Virus record (IMG/VR): IMGVR_UViG_3300042481_000164
Coordinates: 56,767-120,766 of that record
DNA length: 64,000 bases
DNA from: a virus
Lineage: Duplodnaviria; Caudoviricetes
Strand: one strand, 5' to 3'
Each line of letters opens with the position of its first letter. Within the stretch, counting starts at the first letter, position 1. Below the pieces are notes generated by a model that searched no databases, was not told where the DNA came from, and worked only from the letters and a program-made list of their open reading frames with translations. Made by a program: the position numbers and the translations under genes. Of this stretch, positions 17,703-26,061 are shown in pieces.

Positions 17703-18803
17703 TTAGTATACTACATTAAATGTTTTGTAAGTTACTTTGGTTTGATCAAAACCTTCTAGAGCACTTTTAACCCAATGTTCATCAATAGTATTTTTATAAC
17801 ATAAAATATGTACTACTGCTGTCTCATCTGGATTAAGTCTCAATAATCTACCAATTCTTTGAGCAGACTTTCTCTCATTACCATAAGCATGAAGAATAAT
17901 ACCTTGTTTAAGATTAGGTATATTAACACCTTCACTCAACTGATGTACAGTAGAGAGACAGTTAATCTGACTATCTTTAAACAACTGTAAATTCTCTTCA
18001 CTTCTGGTATTACCGCTGTGGTAAGAGTATTGAGATAATTTATCTGCTTGTTCCTGTGTATTTGCAAAGACAATAACTTTACTCTTCTGAGTAATGCTTG
18101 CTAATAATTTCTTAGTATATCTTTCTTTACTAGGATACTCCATAAGAGCCCTCATTCTCATCACTCTAAGCATATGCATATTACCTGCTCCGGACTCAAC
18201 TCTTTGAGACCAGTATTGATAATTTAATTTCTCAGAGGTGACAAAACTGCTGGTTTTATTCTTCACATAATACTCCTTCTTATCGGACAACTCAAGCATA
18301 TGAACAAATATCTTGTAATCATTCAAGATATTATTCTCTACTGCATCATCAGCTTCAAAGCTATATACAACAGGACAGTAATCATTTACCATTTTACCCT
18401 TTTCAGAGCCATGGTGTTTAGGAGGAGTACCAGTAAGACCTAGTATCTTCCCTTTGTAGTTCTCTAAGAAAAGTCTATGTGAATCCAAAAGACTGTGTAC
18501 TTCATCCAAATAAACAATATCATAATCATTAGGATCATGCTTGTTTATACTTAGATAAGTAGTAAACACAATTCTTCCAAGTAAATGAGCTTTATCAAAT
18601 TTACCTGCATCATCAATCCATGATTTGAATATAGACTTCTTTGGTGCTACAACCAAAACTTTTTGAAGAGGTGAAGTATTTCTTTCTACATGTGTCAAAC
18701 CAACTTTAGTTTTACCAACACCTGTACCTAATACTATTGTACACCTTCTATGATCATCAGTTTTTGCTATTGCAATATCTTGTACATCGTTTTTTGTGAT
18801 CAT
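17703..18803 (-). CDS. superfamily 2 (DExH) helicase
   Basis: GTGVGKT, DEVH, LTGTP, LSEGVNIP, QRIGRLLR. Confidence 0.9.
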   Translation of the reverse strand: MITKNDVQDIAIAKTDDHRRCTIVLGTGVGKTKVGLTHVERNTSPLQKVLVVAPKKSIFKSWIDDAGKFDKAHLLGRIVFTTYLSINKHDPNDYDIVYLDEVHSLLDSHRLFLENYKGKILGLTGTPPKHHGSEKGKMVNDYCPVVYSFEADDAVENNILNDYKIFVHMLELSDKKEYYVKNKTSSFVTSEKLNYQYWSQRVESGAGNMHMLRVMRMRALMEYPSKERYTKKLLASITQKSKVIVFANTQEQADKLSQYSYHSGNTRSEENLQLFKDSQINCLSTVHQLSEGVNIPNLKQGIILHAYGNERKSAQRIGRLLRLNPDETAVVHILCYKNTIDEHWVKSALEGFDQTKVTYKTFNVVY

Positions 18804-18808
18804 ATTTA

Positions 18809-19201
18809 TTATTTTAAATAATTCATTGTTCTGGCATCTTCTGGATGAGCATGGATCCAGTCATGACAGTTTCTACAAACTGGTAACCAGGTTGATTGAA
18901 CTAAATAGAATGCTTCTCTGTTAGCTCCTGCATATGTATGATGAATATCTGTTGCATTGTTTGAACAACCAGCAACACTTACTTTACACATACTATTCTC
19001 AGTTAAAAACCTATGTCTTAATTTAAGATACTCAGCATCTTTCTTAGCTCTCTTATCAGATACTTTAGGAATCATTGATTTAAATTCAGGTTCACCTGAT
19101 TTAATTTTACTCCAACAGTATTGACAATACTTATTACCTTCATGATTTTTCCAGATAACTTTCTCTTCCTGACATGCACTGCAAACTTTAAGCTTTTTCA
19201 T
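18809..19201 (-). CDS. HNH endonuclease-like protein with Zn fingers
   Basis: CSAC, CQYC, DIHH, CRNCHDWIH. Confidence 0.7.
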   Translation of the reverse strand: MKKLKVCSACQEEKVIWKNHEGNKYCQYCWSKIKSGEPEFKSMIPKVSDKRAKKDAEYLKLRHRFLTENSMCKVSVAGCSNNATDIHHTYAGANREAFYLVQSTWLPVCRNCHDWIHAHPEDARTMNYLK

Positions 19202-19394
19202 CTATCAGTTTTAATACATTTTCAGTAACTTCTCTGACTCTATCAGGAAAGCCTTCTTCAATACCTTTCCATTTACCACTAGCTAATAAACCTTGGACAA
19301 CATTAATAGTTGTAAATTCCTTTTTAGATAATCCTGGTTGGATATAACCAGCATCGCCTGCAGCAAATGCTGGTTTAGAATCATTCTTTCTCAT
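19188..19394 (-). CDS. small phage protein
   Basis: PAF...GLSKKEF...QGLLAS, related to 14057..14263. Confidence 0.6.
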   Translation of the reverse strand: MRKNDSKPAFAAGDAGYIQPGLSKKEFTTINVVQGLLASGKWKGIEEGFPDRVREVTENVLKLIDEKA

Positions 19395-19850
19395 TTATTG
19401 GTTTTTTTCCAAAGATAAGAAATTCTTAGGTAAGATACCTTCAGTCATAAACAGGTCTACAATGAGGTCTTTCTCAATACTCAAATCTTTGAATGTGAGA
19501 GTATTCTTGTAGTTGTTATCAATATCTTCATACTTAATAATTTCACTTATAAGTGAACTATTTGGGAATAAAGAACCAAGTAACTTATCAGTTAACTGTT
19601 TGGTTACCTGATGTTTATACTTGTTGACAACTAACTGTCCTCTGTTATAAACATTGACAATGCGGGACCTTTTCTTACTGCACATAGTGTTAAGTTCCTC
19701 TACAGATAGAGAGTCTAAACCATATAGAGCTCTCTTATATAAATAGTTTTGATAAGGACTATACTTATCTTTTTCAAATTCCTGATACTTGCTTGGTGCA
19801 AGCATGTAATTCTTGATGTCTTGTTTTAGCTTTTCCATAATCATATACAT
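19395..19850 (-). CDS. hypothetical protein
   Basis: ORF track. Confidence 0.65.
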   Translation of the reverse strand: MYMIMEKLKQDIKNYMLAPSKYQEFEKDKYSPYQNYLYKRALYGLDSLSVEELNTMCSKKRSRIVNVYNRGQLVVNKYKHQVTKQLTDKLLGSLFPNSSLISEIIKYEDIDNNYKNTLTFKDLSIEKDLIVDLFMTEGILPKNFLSLEKNQ

Positions 19851-19862
19851 TTAATAAATCAT

Positions 19863-19890
19863 AAAATAAGAGCCTGCCGTAACAGGCTCT
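19863..19890 (-). terminator. intrinsic terminator
   Basis: AGAGCCTG-n6-CAGGCTCT hairpin followed by TATTTT on the minus strand. Confidence 0.6.
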
Positions 19891-19900
19891 GTGTTAATTA

Positions 19901-20383
19901 CTATAAACCAAATTCTTCTGATGCACTATCAAACTCAACATTTGGTTGTATTGCTTTTGCTTTAGTAGCTTCATAACCAGCTTTTACTTCAGCTTTGTTA
20001 TCATGTGCAATAAGGATATCTTCAACATTTGTTTTATTTGTGTACTTAGTTCTTCTATATATTGGAAAACCTCCAAGAGTACAAACAACATTAGAACTAC
20101 CTGCTGTTTTAGGTTTGTTTACACCTTTTTTATTAAAAGGCTCAAGACTTTCTTCAACAACTATATTACCAGGTAATTCCATACCTGCATGATATCCTAC
20201 TGCTTGTAAGTCTTCTAAAGGACCATGAATAAGAGCAGAAAACTCTTTTCTCTTCATAAAAGAATTGTCATCCATAACAACTCTTGTTTGTACTACTCTT
20301 ACATATCCAAATAATGGATTAGCACTTTGGTTAATTACCAATTCTGTAGTAGCATCAGCTACAACTTTAACTTTTGAGTCCAT
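19901..20383 (-). CDS. hypothetical protein, candidate ssDNA-binding protein
   Basis: Beta-rich, acidic tail VEFDSASEEFGL, own terminator, pseudoknot in leader. Confidence 0.45.
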   Translation of the reverse strand: MDSKVKVVADATTELVINQSANPLFGYVRVVQTRVVMDDNSFMKRKEFSALIHGPLEDLQAVGYHAGMELPGNIVVEESLEPFNKKGVNKPKTAGSSNVVCTLGGFPIYRRTKYTNKTNVEDILIAHDNKAEVKAGYEATKAKAIQPNVEFDSASEEFGL

Positions 20384-20422
20384 CTCTTTAAATTTTTTGA
20401 GATTAATAAATAAAATTGATTG

Positions 20423-20464
20423 TGAGTAGAAATACTATATTACACAACTACTCATTGTGTAATA
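20423..20464 (-). promoter_or_regulatory. H-type pseudoknot in 5' leader
   Basis: TATTACACAA-TGAGTAG-TTGTGTAATA-n8-CTACTCA on the minus strand. Confidence 0.6.
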
Positions 20465-20484
20465 AGAAATAAATGCGGGAGCAT

Positions 20485-20748
20485 TTATAAATCCAAACCT
20501 TCTGTTAAGTCTATGATATCATCAAATGGTAGGTCATTGTTGTTGTCATCATTATCATCATCAGGTAGATAGTCAAAGTCATATGCTTTTTCTTTAACAT
20601 TATCTATACAAGCTGATTCTGTAAATGGATTACTGCAATAATCTCCTCCATTGACGGACATTAGATACTGAATATCTTGATCAGTCATATCTAAAAACTG
20701 GTCAATTGAGATATTAATTACTTTTCCGTTGGGTAACTGGTATAACAT
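20485..20748 (-). CDS. acidic hypothetical protein
   Basis: MLYQLPNGKVI..., Asp-rich tail. Confidence 0.65.
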   Translation of the reverse strand: MLYQLPNGKVINISIDQFLDMTDQDIQYLMSVNGGDYCSNPFTESACIDNVKEKAYDFDYLPDDDNDDNNNDLPFDDIIDLTEGLDL

Positions 20749-20901
20749 CTATTTTCTAATGTGAAGTAAAAATATCACATAATAAATGAAATGCAGTTAA
20801 TATTACCTAAAAATATGGCATTATATAGCTAATAGGTAAGAGAGAGCTATTAACTCTCTCCTAGTATTAGTCTGGGAAAAGCGTCCACACAGGACAAAAT
20901 A

Positions 20902-21327
20902 TCATATTACTACATCTTTTACAGATGTAATAGCTTTGTGTGCTAAATCTATAGTTTTACCTTGTTTAAATTCTATTTTATAATTAGAATAACCATGATA
21001 ACCATTGAATTCTTTTACTATACCATAGATTTCACCATCTTTTCTGTTATCTTCAAGTATATTTTTTTCATCAGATGATAACCAACCAGTCTTTTCTGGA
21101 TCAATCTTTACAGTTGTACCCACTGTGATTTCTGCCGGAATCTCTTTTCCTACAGCAATATTAACAATAGTACCACATAAATTAGTATCTATAATAACAT
21201 GATGCTTTAACACATTTATAAGTTTCTTTTTAGCAAGAACATTATTGCTGTTAATTATATTTTCTATAACAAGAGCCATATTGTCTTTATCTAGATTTAA
21301 CATTATACTAACCCTTTCAGTGTCCAT
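20902..21327 (-). CDS. hypothetical protein
   Basis: ORF track. Confidence 0.6.
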   Translation of the reverse strand: MDTERVSIMLNLDKDNMALVIENIINSNNVLAKKKLINVLKHHVIIDTNLCGTIVNIAVGKEIPAEITVGTTVKIDPEKTGWLSSDEKNILEDNRKDGEIYGIVKEFNGYHGYSNYKIEFKQGKTIDLAHKAITSVKDVVI

Positions 21328-21568
21328 AATAGATAACTAAATAAAATATAACAAAACCTAACATTATTGCAAAAGATGTTATTGCAATCTCTTTTATTAG
21401 CCTAATAAACTTTCTATGCTCTAATATGCTTTCAAGAAACATTTTCTCCATCTCTAATTCTTTTAGCTTTTCCCTTTTTGCTTCAATAGGAGATGTGTCA
21501 TTTCTATCAACATGGTGCATATACAATACTATACTGTTTAAACGGTACTTAATCTCTGCTTCTTCCAT
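21317..21568 (-). CDS. coiled-coil protein with C-terminal TM helix
   Basis: IAITSFAIMLGFVIFYLVIYY. Confidence 0.6.
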   Translation of the reverse strand: MEEAEIKYRLNSIVLYMHHVDRNDTSPIEAKREKLKELEMEKMFLESILEHRKFIRLIKEIAITSFAIMLGFVIFYLVIYYGH

Positions 21569-21720
21569 TGTTCATGTGTTTTATAATCAGTACTACTTCT
21601 TTTCCAAAACCAGCTATGTATTCTCATAACTGGCTTATAATCAAAATCTTCATAACCCGGCAAAGAGGCTACAAACTTTGTAACCTCTACTTTCTGTATT
21701 TGTTTTTTCCTTTTAATCAT
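21538..21720 (-). CDS. small hypothetical protein
   Basis: ORF track. Confidence 0.5.
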   Translation of the reverse strand: MIKRKKQIQKVEVTKFVASLPGYEDFDYKPVMRIHSWFWKRSSTDYKTHEQWKKQRLSTV

Positions 21721-21732
21721 AACTTTTAGTTT

Positions 21733-21960
21733 TTAGTTATTTGTATAAAATACTTCTTCATCAATAGAATGTCCAAATTCTAATGTTTCATCATAGACAA
21801 GTTCTTTTGTCTTGATGTAGTTAATAACTTCACCTTTATACATGTGGTCGGCAACTTTGCCATCTTTAAACCACATTGTATATAATTTGTGACCTTCATG
21901 GTCTCCTGCTGGTGTCACTGTTCCATTCAGTAACCACCAAATAAATACTATCTTACTCAT
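21733..21960 (-). CDS. hypothetical protein
   Basis: ORF track. Confidence 0.55.
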   Translation of the reverse strand: MSKIVFIWWLLNGTVTPAGDHEGHKLYTMWFKDGKVADHMYKGEVINYIKTKELVYDETLEFGHSIDEEVFYTNN

Positions 21961-22252
21961 AAGGTTTTGTATAAAAATGTTTATTGCAAATACTGCACTT
22001 GTACGGCAGTGGAGTTATGTTCTTATGCTCACTTACAGCATTGTTAGTGATAATATCATGCTTACAATCTTGTTGAAACATAAATTCTATTGCGCTATCT
22101 AAAGTTTCAAAACATACACCATAACCTGTATCATTTGTTTTTCTTGGTGAATATATATAACCATCTCTTGTTTCATAATCAGGAGATTTAATAACAATTC
22201 TATCTTCACCATTAGATAGTTTTACTTTAAGGGTTGTTGATTTTCTTGTCAT
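21953..22252 (-). CDS. hypothetical protein
   Basis: ORF track; C-terminal CKH...CSIC. Confidence 0.55.
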   Translation of the reverse strand: MTRKSTTLKVKLSNGEDRIVIKSPDYETRDGYIYSPRKTNDTGYGVCFETLDSAIEFMFQQDCKHDIITNNAVSEHKNITPLPYKCSICNKHFYTKPYE

Positions 22253-22263
22253 ATGTTATTTAT

Positions 22264-22530
22264 TTAACATTTGTTCATAAAATCAAACTCTTCATCATCA
22301 AAGAAATCATCTGCTTCTTGTTGATCAGCAAAATATGTTTCATGGAACTGTTGTGCCATATCACCATTAAGCTGTATGTGATGTTTCTTTCTTGATTGTT
22401 GAGCTATTAATGCTCTCTGAGCTTCTACATTTCTCAATATCATCTTGAGAGTATTTCTCAAGTGATTTTCATCCATATGGTCAACATCTATCTGTTGACC
22501 ATTTGCCATTGTCCAGTAATACTTTTTCAT
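22264..22530 (-). CDS. hypothetical phage protein
   Basis: W..ANGQQIDVDHMDENHLRNTLKM motif common in small phage proteins. Confidence 0.6.
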   Translation of the reverse strand: MKKYYWTMANGQQIDVDHMDENHLRNTLKMILRNVEAQRALIAQQSRKKHHIQLNGDMAQQFHETYFADQQEADDFFDDEEFDFMNKC

Positions 22531-22730
22531 AACTCATCTTCATTTATTAAGTTATTACAAATAATAATAGATAAGCTAATAGTAAATACTATTACTATTG
22601 TTTGGAAAATCCAACCAATTATGTTGTAGTTAGATACTATAAAAGCATTTCCAAAACTTAAAATTGCTTCTACAAAGGTTAATACTATCAGTCCTAGACT
22701 GATGCTCATTACATACTTAATTGTTTTCAT
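22527..22730 (-). CDS. two-TM membrane protein
   Basis: Two hydrophobic segments. Confidence 0.55.
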   Translation of the reverse strand: MKTIKYVMSISLGLIVLTFVEAILSFGNAFIVSNYNIIGWIFQTIVIVFTISLSIIICNNLINEDEL

Positions 22731-22769
22731 TTTGATTTGGTTTTTGAGATTATTATTTAGATTAATTAG

Positions 22770-23174
22770 TACTCTTGCAGGGTTATAATCCCTGATACAT
22801 ATCAGTACATATGACAGTAGTCCTATGTATAGGTAATGTTCCTATTGGACAAGAGTAATACTGTTGTAATGTGTAGTTCCTACTATTCTTCCTTGACTAT
22901 GTTTCTTAATAAACTATTAGGACTTAGTTATTAACTACTTTCAAAGAGGGTATTTCAACCTATACTTTGGCCAAAGCATCTACACATGTATTTACAACAG
23001 TAATATCCCTCTGCACTCAGTTGTAATACCAACCTGATATTTTTGCACTCCACATGGTATGGACTAACTCTCATTGCTGAGACTGCATATTTCCTGGTTT
23101 ACAACTGTCTACCCTTGGGAAGTAGATATGGTGCATTACAAATAGACTACCCTTATACAGAGTAGTCTGTTGTA
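22770..23174 (-). ncRNA. candidate multi-domain structured ncRNA
   Basis: About 400 nt with no ORF in the track; three abutting stem-closed domains plus a 5' hairpin; GCAA tetraloop on the minus strand. Confidence 0.55.
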
Positions 23175-23175
23175 T

Positions 23176-23529
23176 TTAAAATAGAAGCTTTAAACCTTCT
23201 ATATTTTTTTCTTTCATCATCAAGCCATATGAATCATTTGCCGGATACTCATAGTTGATATAATATTTAGCTTTAAACTCTAATAAATTTAGAGCATTAC
23301 TAATATCTATCTGAATGTGATCTGCAAACTCTTTTTGCTCAATTGTGAATTGTAACTGATTATCTTTATTAAGAACATCAGCTAATAGGATTGGTCTTTG
23401 TACTACTTCATGTTTTCTTCCTTCAAGACCATCTATGAAGAACTCTTCAGTAGTGAAGTATGGAAAGTATACTCTTAGTCTAAGAGTTCCTTCATTGAAA
23501 ACAATGTCATGTGTGATGTGATTTTTCAT
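23176..23529 (-). CDS. hypothetical protein (117 aa)
   Basis: Start reassigned to MKNHITHD, just downstream of an 18-bp leader repeat. Confidence 0.6.
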   Translation of the reverse strand: MKNHITHDIVFNEGTLRLRVYFPYFTTEEFFIDGLEGRKHEVVQRPILLADVLNKDNQLQFTIEQKEFADHIQIDISNALNLLEFKAKYYINYEYPANDSYGLMMKEKNIEGLKLLF

Positions 23530-24132
23530 GGGATTTAATTTTAGATTATTATTTAGATTATAGATTTTACAAAGGTTTCCGGAAGCATTTACTGTCTTAA
23601 AGCAGATAACACTAATAACAATAATAGTAATAGTAGTAATACTGGTTAATATATGAGTATACACACTATATATGTTACTTACAGGGAAATGCTTAATCAT
23701 GATTTAGCTATATTATTAAGATATACAGCTAGTTATACTATTCTGAACATAGTGCTTAGGTTGAGTTAGTAGTGAGAGTTTGACACCTTTCACCACTTTC
23801 ACACACACTTTCACAAGAATTATAAAAATATAACTACTTGATTATCAGATACTGAGTCTCATTGTTACACACGGTGGAGACAAAGTATTTATACTTTACT
23901 GAGTAGAAATAATAATATTATTACACAGGATAAATACTATTAAGTAGTGAGTAGTACACGCTACTGTGTACATTTGTAGAGCTATTAATGCTGACAAAAC
24001 ATAATTTCATTATGCAGACACTACTATTTATTTATTATAAAGCTTGATAACAAGATTTATATTAAATAAATGGCTGATTGAAAGAGGGAAAACAAAAAAT
24101 ACTAATGACCTAAGTCATTAGTATCTCTGTTA

Positions 24133-24546
24133 CTACATCCCGTCTAAGTTATCATCAACAGGTTCATCTACAAACTGTACTGCTACAGTTCTCTTAGCTG
24201 CTACAGCTGTCCCATTGCTTAACTTGTCTGCAAGTCTATCTGCAAATTTATCTGCTAAAACAGATGAAGCAGAAGCAACAGCATTAAGCCTTGCAATGTC
24301 CTTGTTAAATGTTCCAGTATCCAATGTGAAGTTTCCGTCACGCTTTTGAACCAGGTTCATTTCATCCTCCATTCCAATGTAGTTTGTAATGAACTGTATC
24401 TCTCCATTAGGCCCTAATGAAGGATACTGTTTGAAGTTAGGAGAATTTTTGTAATCCTCTAACTCTTGTGTTGTTCCAACTACATTGTAGATGTGGAATA
24501 CGTTACCCTTTTTAGATCTTGGGCTTGCTACATAAATTGCTTTCAT
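24133..24546 (-). CDS. early hypothetical protein
   Basis: 137-aa ORF flanked by cassette repeats. Confidence 0.7.
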   Translation of the reverse strand: MKAIYVASPRSKKGNVFHIYNVVGTTQELEDYKNSPNFKQYPSLGPNGEIQFITNYIGMEDEMNLVQKRDGNFTLDTGTFNKDIARLNAVASASSVLADKFADRLADKLSNGTAVAAKRTVAVQFVDEPVDDNLDGM

Positions 24547-24638
24547 GTTGTTTGGTTTTTGTTTGTTAATAATTATTTTATTATAAATTAAGGGCTGATA
24601 AGAAGAGGGAAAAGAAAAAACTATAGAAGCCTAAGCTT

Positions 24639-24836
24639 CTATAGTCTGAATTCTACTGTTGGGTAGAATCCATACTGTTGACAGAGCAACAACTGTTGTG
24701 TTACTCTTGCATCTGACATCATAGATATGTCTTCTTCTTTATATGTGCATCTACTGCACTCATTTACTATTGTATCTTTTGCATCTGCAAATACTAAATG
24801 CATTGCTGTTTTGTAAACTATTAATATTGTTTCCAT
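24639..24836 (-). CDS. early hypothetical protein
   Basis: 65-aa ORF flanked by cassette repeats. Confidence 0.6.
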   Translation of the reverse strand: METILIVYKTAMHLVFADAKDTIVNECSRCTYKEEDISMMSDARVTQQLLLCQQYGFYPTVEFRL

Positions 24837-25116
24837 AATGTTTAAATTTTAATTCAAGTTAAAGGCTGATAAAAGAAAAGAAAAAGTCCTAAGACTTTTT
24901 CAGTGTGAGTTAATAACTCTGCTATGTATACTTATCATATAGATATATAATATAAGATCATTAGTTCACTTCAATATTATATTCTTAATTTAAATGAAAG
25001 GTTGATTGAGAGAGGGAGAAAAAATTACAAACCAAAGTATCTGTGATGAGTATTTTTCTACAGATATAAAATCTTTTATTTTAATTATATATCAAATACA
25101 TGGCTGACCAAGCACC

Positions 25117-25165
25117 GGGGGGTAGGGGGTAAACGCGTGGGGCCGGGGGGTTGGATATTAGGGGG
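25117..25165 (+). other. G-tract island at the strand-switch point
   Basis: G6, G5, G4, G6 and G5 runs within 49 nt. Confidence 0.7.
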
Positions 25166-25273
25166 CCCACAGCATCTCTAATATAGAACATCCCCAAATA
25201 CCCATATGGATCAAGTCATGTCAGCAATATTACCAGGGGGTAAGTTACCATGTGGTAATATGACCGGGGTAAT

Positions 25274-25289
25274 TATATTTGTATATTTG
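25274..25289 (+). promoter_or_regulatory. tandem Bacteroidota -7 promoter elements (TAnnTTTG)
   Basis: TATATTTG twice just before ATG 25294; the same element occurs at 27235, 28005 and (minus) 8379-8386. Confidence 0.6.
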
Positions 25290-25293
25290 TTAT

Positions 25294-26061
25294 ATGAAAG
25301 TTGAGATATTTACTATTACGTTTAACAGCATGTATATCATGCCTTTTTTTATTGAGCATTACAAGGAGAGATTTCCAGATGCTGTTATAAATGTTTATGA
25401 TGATGGTTCTACTGACAGCACTGCTTCCTACTGTAGGAACATGGGTTGTAATGTTGTTGATATACCACAACCTTCTGATTGTTTGTCTGGTGCTGAAAGG
25501 ACTAATGGTTTAAGAACAACAGATGAACAAAGAAAGATTAACCATTTACATAAGATTAATGATTTAAGGGCTGAGTATTGGAAACAATCTAAAGCAGAAT
25601 GGGTGATAGTTGTAGATCATGATGAGTTAGTAGAGATTTGGGAAAAGGATTTACCAGCTATAGAAAATTATGATCTAATAATTTTTGAAGGTTATAACAT
25701 GTATAATGAAACAGGGAATCCTGAAGTTGATCTAAGAAATTTAAAGTTTGCTGTTGATAGAACTTATGACGGAGAGTCTCATTTGTATGACAAACCTTTG
25801 ATGATGAGAAGCAATGCAAAACTTAAAATTACAGGAGGTGGTCATAGTATAGTTACAGAAGAAGGATTAACGCAAAGTGAATTAAAGATTTCTGATAAAG
25901 AATATAAGATGTACCATTATCCAAAACGGATATTATCAAAAGAAGCATTTTTAAATTACTTTAGATTTTACATAAACTTACCTGATCATGAATTTATACC
26001 ACAAATAGAACAACTGTATTTAAATTTTACAACTAACATTAAGCTTGTACAAATAAGATGA
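25294..26061 (+). CDS. glycosyltransferase family 2-like
   Basis: FFIEHY...VYDDGSTDST...WVIVVDHDE (DxD). Confidence 0.8.
   Translation: MKVEIFTITFNSMYIMPFFIEHYKERFPDAVINVYDDGSTDSTASYCRNMGCNVVDIPQPSDCLSGAERTNGLRTTDEQRKINHLHKINDLRAEYWKQSKAEWVIVVDHDELVEIWEKDLPAIENYDLIIFEGYNMYNETGNPEVDLRNLKFAVDRTYDGESHLYDKPLMMRSNAKLKITGGGHSIVTEEGLTQSELKISDKEYKMYHYPKRILSKEAFLNYFRFYINLPDHEFIPQIEQLYLNFTTNIKLVQIR

Larger units (their letters stand above)
24063..25110 (-). repeat. five dispersed copies of a promoter-like motif, three with CTAA-loop hairpins
   Basis: GG(C/T)TGA cores at 24072, 24593, 24864, 25000, 25102; hairpins at 24099-24124, 24620-24645, 24880-24901. Confidence 0.75.

Noticed and set aside
22770-23174. 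Retron msr/msd, TPP or cobalamin riboswitch
   Set aside because: No reverse transcriptase in the window, and riboswitch-like words (CTGAGA, AACCTGAT, GGGAAG) are in the wrong order or lack partner motifs.
23530-23700. N-terminal extension of ORF 23176..23700
   Set aside because: Low-complexity translation; the repeated leader points to ATG 23529 as the start.
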